A DNA stretch of 64,000 nucleotides, taken from assembly GCA_015680685.1 (NCBI GenBank), contig MNCI01000918.1, positions 85,042-149,041 of the forward strand. The letters are read 5' to 3'. Each line of letters begins with the position of its first letter. Within the stretch, counting starts at the first letter, position 1. Shown piece by piece: positions 53,901 through 62,900 of the stretch. Both the position numbers and the translations under genes were made by a program. A model generated the notes under the pieces. The model did no database searches. It saw nothing but the letters and a program-made list of their open reading frames with translations, and was not told the DNA's origin. The DNA is from Gnetum montanum. Taxonomy: Eukaryota > Plantae > Gnetophyta.

Positions 53901-56900
53901 AAGGGCTTGAGAAAAGAGTAAATTAGGCTTGTTCCAAAAGGCACTTCAATATCCCTTTTGTTTGGAATTTATATCATGTGGCATGACGTTAAAAATCCCA
54001 AAAACACTTACACGTTAGCCTACTGCTAGTCAGTAATGCTTGGCCAGCAACAACCTTATAGTCCCTCTCAGACAAAAATCAATTCACATTTCATCAGTTT
54101 AGGTAGGCCACTACTGGCCAATGGTCGCATCACATTTTAGTGTTCAAAAAATATAAAAGGTTCAACTTCCTCATTCAAATTCCAACGATTTAACATGAAC
54201 CTACAATCCCAGAACAACTACAAAGTAATTAAATCCTAGTCTGTCAATGATTGTTTTCAATTATATGGATTTGCTGGCAAATATTTAAAAGTTATCAAAA
54301 ATCAAGTCTCAAGGCTTTTACTTTTGACAAACGAGTAATAGCCCATGGCCATTAGAGATTCAAACATCTCCAAAGAAGAGTAAAATCAACTCACAAACCA
54401 CAAATAAAGACGACTACTAGTCATTGACACAAGAGAGAGAGAGGGGGGGGCGGGCAGGGAGGGTGTGTGGTGGTGGGGGTGGTTTGGGTTGTGCCAAAAT
54501 TGCCTAAATTGTCTACCTTTAAAAGGTACATTAAATCCTAGACCGAATGTACCTAGTGTGTTGGGAAAAGGTGGCACAGCCCAAACATTCCAAAGGCCTG
54601 GGAATGATGGGGTTCAAGGATGATGTCCCTCATCAATCACTTCTTGCATGATGAGATGGGGAGACACTGGGTTACAATCATCAAAAGAAAGTATACTCCA
54701 TGGCAGGCAAATCTTCAGGATTCCTGGCTTTGGTGTAATATCTGCACAATTGCCCAACAGCTAGATCAGATGGGATTGCTAGGCGCTCAACCGCACGAAA
54801 TTATGAGAAGTAAATACCGTGCAACTCTAAGGTGGAAGAAGGTTTGGACAGGTCGCCTACCTGAGAAAATTAAATGCTTTTTATGGCTCATCAGCCAAGA
54901 TGTGATGCTGGTATAGGCACTACTCTAGGAACACAGCCTCCCTATAAATAACATGTGCCCCCTCTGCCACAATGATATCAAAACCGTCCACCATTTCATG
55001 TTTTTATGCCCATTCTCTAGAGTGGTTTGGGCAACCTTGCGGATCACGCAACCACTACATGCGGATTCTCTAGCTAGAGTGGTGCTCTAGACACTCTGGC
55101 AAGCTAGGAACGAACATGTTTTTCAGGCTGCACCCTTACCGTCGCCTGCTACTATTACTCTTTGCACCTCCAAACTCTAGTAAGAGGCCATGGCTGCCAT
55201 GGGGGTTACGCCTACCTTTAAGCCAGATGATCAAAGCTTCAAGGCCAACCAACCGCTTTGGGGGTTAGTGGTGTGGATGGGATGGGAAGATCTTCTTCCC
55301 CATCTCACTAGAGACCCAAATCTCGCTAACGCCCTCTTCTTCTCGCATTGGAGGGGGGATTCTACCACCTTCCAGGGTGTCTACATCTGGCTCACCGAGG
55401 CTGACATTGCAAATTATATTGGTATCCTAGCTATGGGGAAGACAACGCTGCCCTTGGGGCACAAGCTCCAAAATGCGAAAAGTTTCTTCCCCAAACCAAT
55501 CCCTAAGACTGGAAGTCGCTAGGTTCCCAAGTCGGCCCTGCCCCCCCTCTCTGGTAGGACTCTACAGAGCTTGTGGAACAATTTTTCGTCCAATCGGGGA
55601 ACATGTGAAAGCTCCAAGGGGTGCACTTCACTTTTCTCCACTACATGCAAATGTGCCAGCCACCTAACCTCTCAAAATTTTTCTTGGCATTGCTCCAACA
55701 AGGAAGAAGGGGACGCCACTCTAGTCTGATTTTCACCCTTTGGTAAGTAACATGGCCTATGGAACTACTGCCAACAAAGCCCATCTCTATCAAGATGATG
55801 TATATAAGATGTAGACCTTCACAGGAGGGGGAGTCCTCTTCCTCTACAAGGGCCTTTTTGGAGCAAAGAGAGGAGCCGACGGGGCTAGGAGAGGACTCCA
55901 ATTAGCAGGGCTCCACCACGAGTTGACCGCTATCTTTGGAGGAGCAAATCCAGACCATTGAAGATCATATTCGAAGGGAGCTGCTAAGTAAGTTTGAGGC
56001 TAACCTCCATAGGGCCATCATTGAGGTTAGGGTTGAGGAACAAGCACACTAGGAAGCTAAGATCAAGCAACGTGAAGAGGGGACCAAGGCCAAGCAACAA
56101 GAGGAAGAGCGGCAACTCAGAGAAGTGGCGGCAAAGGAGTAGTGCCAAAAGGAGTTGCAAGGCATTGCACTTAGAAGCACCATGGAGGACAAGTTGCGGG
56201 AGCAAATTAGGGAGGATCTGCACTAGGAAGAGCATGAGCGGCTTCAGACAGAGGAGGAAGAAGAAGAATAGCGTGTTAGGGCCCTTCTAGAGGAGGAACA
56301 AATTAAAAGAAATCAGGCAGCTACACATGAGACCAATGCCCATATGTGGTTATGGGCATAAACCACAAGGGCTAGGCTAAGGAGATGCATCAGGATGACT
56401 TCCACTAAGTTCCATCCAAATAAGGCCACCACAGAAACTACAAAAAAGCAACGTGAGGAGAAATACAAGGGAATTTCAAGAGGCTGATGTGCTTGTCACA
56501 ACGAAACACTATCAAACGGTGTTGGACGCAATACACACCCAGGAAAAGGTGGTTTGCCCTTGCACCAAGCTGCAAAGATCAGTTTTGTTTTTGGGGCCAA
56601 GCGCCCCCCTTTTTTGGCTGTTTCAGTCCCATGGGGTAGACTCTGTTTTGTTTGCTATGTTCTGCATTTTGTATACTGCAGGGGTTTTGCTCCCCCACCT
56701 CGGGGGGTTTTTAACCCCTGTAGTTGTTCCTTAGGCGTGCAGCCCCACCCACGCACGCACACATACTCCCCCCACTCTCTCTCCACCCCCGCCCCCCCTC
56801 CCGGCGCCCCCCACGGGGATGGTGTATTTCTGTAATTACTTTCTTTAATTGAATCCCTGACCCTTTCACGACAAACTACAACTTCCATTCACGTCCTTGA

Positions 56901-59900
56901 AAAATTAGATTATAAAAAATTTGTGCTACATTTAGTTACTGTCACCAGAAATATTGTTCCCTTAGATTCTGCTTTTAATAACAATGTTACATCAGAAATG
57001 CATAACTATCACACAAAAACATTAATCCCAAGAGTAAAAAGGTTATCAGCATTATCTTTAATGCTCATATGGATAAGTGTTCAGTAGCAGCATCATAACT
57101 TCCAAAGTAATAACGCATATGATCATTTCAAACATTGCCCAGTAATTTTTGATCCATTAATAGCATTACCTGAAACCTATAAAGGTGGTTGAAATGACGA
57201 TGCCCCTCACAGTAATTGCAGATGCGGGTTAGTGCAGCAGCTGTATGCTCTCTTACAGCTGAGTCCATGGAACTGCTAACATTTCGTGCTGCAATAACAC
57301 CTTCCAGAACAGGCATTGCTCCATAACCAACACATAGCTCGCACAGGTCTTCGATTGTACCATACTCAGTGGCTAAAGAATCAGTTCTTTGTGGAGCAGG
57401 CAATGTAGCTTGGATTTGATTAACAGAGACCTGAGGAGGAGAAGGGGTTGAATCTGGAGGAAAGAAAAGCAAACATGCATCTTTGTAGCGTCCATGCCTA
57501 AACATGAAACCAAGCAACTCCTGTCGAGCATACTGAAACACATAGTCTATATTAGTGAAACGTACATTAAACAAGCCTAAATATTGTATTCACTGATCGC
57601 AAATTAAACGTAGTAAAGAATCTCATCAAGGCAGGATCAATGATTCAAAACTTTTCCCTACAACCATCAAGCATCAGACTCAAGGCACACAATAATAGAG
57701 CTGTAATTTATTGTTCTCAGAAAGGATCTAACACCAAAACAACACAAGGTGTGAGATTAAGGTTTCGATAGAGCTTTGTTTTAACACAAACTTGGTTCAA
57801 TGCCCCAATGCTAGGAATAAGAGATGGAGATAAAGCATGCATTAGTTAAAACATGCATCATAAAGAGTTCAAAGGTCCCCAGATTATTCTTCACTTTGCC
57901 ATCCATCTCAGGTAGCAGAAAGAACCGGCAATCTTTAGACATAATAAAAGACATTGTTGCAAGTGAGTTCCTATCAGAGCTCAATCCTCCTCTAAGGAAT
58001 CTAAATCATGACCTTTCATTTGAAAGTCAGTTTAACATTTTCAACATTCACACAGCAATTAATTCTCTACTGCAGAACCAAAGATTCACATCTGGTTGAA
58101 TGGCAGAAAAAGTTGAGGTGAAACAATTCAAAGACTGAAAAGAAAAAATGAAAAAAAACAGAGAGAAACCCAGGCAACATGTATGCATATGCAACATGGT
58201 GAAAAAAGATAATTTCCTACACGTTTAGTACACCTCAATGTTCTGCTGCAGAGTAGTTCTTTCACTTAAATTGCTCCATTGGTAAACAAAGTAGGTCTTC
58301 TAACAACTCTTACCATGCAATAACATGATGGCCTTGTTTGCAAACATCATCATCATCCAAGCCTTGTCCTAACAAAATGGGGATGGCTATATGAATTCTC
58401 TTTCACCATAACTTGAAAGAGAACTCATCCATGAGATTTGGCATGGTTTCACATCCAGTTGCAACCATGTTTGCAAACAATCATCTTCTCAAATAAAAAG
58501 AGTCAAAAGACTAAAAACAAGAAGAGGCCCTGCTGCGAGATGGAAGCCTGGCTCCAATGAAAAAAGAAAATTAAAGAGAGATCTATCCCACCGAAATGAA
58601 AAGAATATACAAGTCTGCAAGAATGAAGCAAAGCCTATTATCACTCAAATTTGAGCTTCAATTTTTTTCTTTTCAAATTTTATATTTATCCTTGAACTCT
58701 ATTCTTTGCAAATGCTTATGTCCAAGTTATACGTTCTATTCCATTGGGTTATGCTGTTCTGCAAACTATCAACCAAATATTCAATGTCCAGTGCCCACGT
58801 ACAAGCCTCCCCACCCCACGGAGTAACCAAAAACATGAAAAAAAAAAAACACACACACACACACTAGAATTTGAACCATCTAACGCTTATGTTCATTCCT
58901 AAAACTAATTATCACAATATTTTCTACACTACCATAACTGCAACTGTAAGATCAATTACTTTTATTACATTCCGATATCAATGTCATGTTCAGATTATAA
59001 AACGCCAAGGAAATAAACATCCCAACCTTGTCCCAACAAAATAAGGTTGGTTACATTAGTTCTTTTTCACCATTCGCCTTCATGAAGAGCTAGATCTTTG
59101 TTTATTTGCAATTTCTTTATATCAAAGTGTATAGTAAAACACAATTTTAAAACATGATTTCAGATGAAAAATCTCCAGAGTCAGCAAACTCGACTTTAAT
59201 TTCAACTGACATTGGCTTACATCGTTAAATCCTAATGCAGTTCAAAAGAGGAATACAGTACAGGCATAAGTTAACAACATGTTATATAAGAATCAACTAG
59301 AATTACCTCCTGTAGGTAACTGACACATTCTTTATAACGTATGTTATCCAAGTTACTTCGAGGGCCATCCTCATCGTATTCCAAAGATGTCTTCTTATTA
59401 ACATCCAAATAATCATCATCTGGATTCCTTAACCTTTCAGATCTTGGAAACGATGCAGGCATATAAAGAACATTCAAATATGAATCTGCAGAAAGAGAAT
59501 CATCCATAATAGTTGGAGCAGTCTTTGCTAGATGATTGTACCTGAAAAAAACAAGATTTAGTTATTTTTAAAGATTACTGGTGTACCTGTACTTGCCCAG
59601 AAAACTGACTATCAAGAAAAATTAAATATAATAACAATAAATTATACACATCTTACAAAATCCGCAATTCATGGTATAAAAAAACTTACAAAGAGCGTAC
59701 ACCAGGGAGATCCACTGGTGGGCCTGACTCCATTATATTTATGATATCAAGAATTACAGGCACGGGGTTCTCCTTGTATAATTGAAGAGCTTGTCTGAAT
59801 ATCACAGGATAAAAATGTTAATACGAAATCATCTAAAAGTAACTTTCATTTAAGCTCCTAATAAGAATTTTGTCCTTATCAGACACACATACTTGAACTT

Positions 59901-62900
59901 CACACGTGCTTGAGAATAATTCTCTAAGCGAAGCAATGCTTGACCCCATGCATTCCATACTGGAAAAGCATCGATCTGATAAATGTGCAGCACATAATGT
60001 GAGAATATTCCAAGTTTGTTTTTTAACCTAGACTAAATTAGATCAACTTAACAAATTATTTGATACCTTGCACTTTTTGCATGTATACACTGCCATGCTA
60101 TATCGTTCTCCTGTTATCAACCTGTCACGTAATGAAGCTGCTGATTCCCTGTCTCGTACATCATCCAAGGATGCAATTATACCTGAACCTAATAAGCTCT
60201 GAAGCAACTTTGCATGACTCAGCCACCAATCTGCCTCAGAAAGGAGGTGAACTACATCATCACTGTGAATATTGTCAATGCTTGAAAGTGTTGCATCAGT
60301 AGGCATCTCATTAACATCGTATACTTTAGAAACTTTAACTTGTGTTTCCGGTTCTCCAAGAATCTTTTTAAATTGTGTTTTCGCATAAGACAAAGCCTGA
60401 AATAAGAGTTCAATGTGAATATCAAATTATCTATTGCCATACAAAATTCAAGTCAACAGGAATTTAGTTAGCCACCTGTACAAACGTATCCGTAGCATGG
60501 TATGCTCGGCCAACAACTTCAGTCGATGCACTCAGTGGAAGCTTTTCTGAACTAAGAACATTCTTCATTTCACTAATGCATAATTCCAAAGCTCCTTTTG
60601 CAGCTGCCTTATCATCTAAACAAAGTGATAACAATGCCTGGTCGAAACAAACATATTGTTCAAAAAATTATGCGTTTTGAAATTACAATACAATAAATTT
60701 CCCCGTATCTGCATTCTTTGCAAGGATAATCCAAATTCATTCACATAAAATAAAGCAAACCTTGAAAAGAATAATGTCTGGTGTGCTTTCATAACGATGA
60801 GACTGTCGTGCAACTTCATCTTTTGTTGGATCTCCTGTCAACACACACCCTTCTGCCATTCCAATTGATGTAGGACGTTCTTGCCCATCGGTTGAGATGA
60901 CAGATGCTCTGTCCTCTTGAAATCCAGCCATTGTTTCCCAAGCAACCCTGTATGATAAAGGCAATCCTGAGTTTTTACGTTTTCTAGCAACCTCTTTGGA
61001 AGCAAGCTTACTCCCGCTGTCACGAGAAGTCCAAGCAAATGCCTTCCGAGCTTCTTTATGCAGATTGCTTAAGCTGCTGGTAAAAGTTAACTTGGTTGGG
61101 GCAGTTGATCGATTGCTTGGTTGGTTTACAACTGGAGCTGCCATAGATTTCCGTTCCGTGTAGGGGTAAGTCCCAATAGTGATTGCTTTGGCAGCATATT
61201 TAAAAATCAAATTTTCATCCCTTAACGAAGGAAATTCATAAATCAGCTGCATGAAATGAGATGGTAAACATCAATCAAAAAATTCCATTATACATCTGTT
61301 TGCAAGTCAATTCGTAACAACTTCAGCAGAATAATTTCAAAGCATAAGAAAACTAAGTTGACAAGTTCTTGTAAAAGCGATAAATATATGAGATTGCCTT
61401 TTGGGCAGACTGAAGTTGCTTCCACATTAAGAGTGTTTCCAATATAAGATTGGGGTGTTCATGCAAGGCAGAACATCGCTGCTGCCAAGGTAGAGGAAGG
61501 GCAGCCAGCACCCGCAAACCCAAAGCCCATCTATTTAGCTGCTCAGTATCGCCATCTGACAGAACGCCCGCACGATGTTTTAATAAAAAGTGAATCTGTT
61601 AAAAAAACAATTCCATCAAAAACAGGATCTCAATATCATTTTCAAACGATTAAACTAACATAATATCAATCATCCCATACAAGTAGTTGCTTTGAGCGAA
61701 GATTTGGCAGCTGTTGCATTGCACCCATCGCAACGGGTAGTGCATCTGTAGGCTCCTGCAAAGAAGAAAGAAATCTAGAAGCTTCTGCAGGACCACCACC
61801 ACTTACAGGATCTGTTGTTAATAATTTCACAAGTTGCCGACCCTGCAATTCTCTTCGCAATGTTATCGGAAGTGAGCCACTGTCAGCTACTTCTAAAGCT
61901 GCTAACACCGCACCTTTGCCAGCTAGCCTAAGAGCTAACCCTTCTGGATCATTTTTGAACTCAGCCTCCACCTGCTCAGGTAAATAGATGAACTATGGTT
62001 TCAACATCTCTAAAGTGATGTTTAAAAAAATATTAAAATATCATGTTTGAGAAACATTATAGAACCTGTTGCCAACTACCAAATTCACTGTCGGCATTCA
62101 GAATATGTCTGTACTTATGCAATGCCTGTTTCATGCTCAATACCTAGGAAGAAAATAATATCACTTAGACAATAATCTTAAACAATGGTTGCTTAAGTGA
62201 AAAGGTGATGCTACATACCTCTGGCCTAAGAGGGTCGTTCTCAGATAAATGGCAACTGCACATCGTAAGCACATCAATTGCGGCTTCTAACTCCCAACAA
62301 TGAAGATTCCTGAAAAGATATTAAGACATGGAAACAGAAAAACCAAGAATTTCAAAAAGAAGACATCAACATTTCCTTCTACATTATGCGTATTTTCTGT
62401 TGCACAAAAATGAATACAAATACTAATGTACTAGCTAGCACCATCCTGCTAGCATAAATACTAAACTGTAAAGAAACGGTAACAAGAGATTTGGATGAAC
62501 TTTAAAAAAAAATATCTCTCCCTACATGTGAAAGGCAAGAGACAACTCATATAGCTAGCCAAAGCCATTGTTCATCGAACAAGTCAAGGATGATGATGAT
62601 GTATATAAACTGTGAAGATCACTAGGGCAGTAAAAAGTCCACTGGAGATTCCCATCATATATGTCCTATTATTTTGATCAAAAAAAAAAACATCAAAATC
62701 ACCGAGGTGAGGTGTGAAGTATGCTATCTTACTTGAGAGCTAAAATTGCTGCAAGTCGCTTGTCTCTAAGCCTAATGCAGTATTGCCAACTGTTACTGAA
62801 AACCTTCCGGTTCAGACGATAGCTGCGTAACTGATTAGGTCTAGAATAACTTTCTTCTCCTCGTTCAATAAGCAATTGTAATAATCTATCAGAAGCTCCA

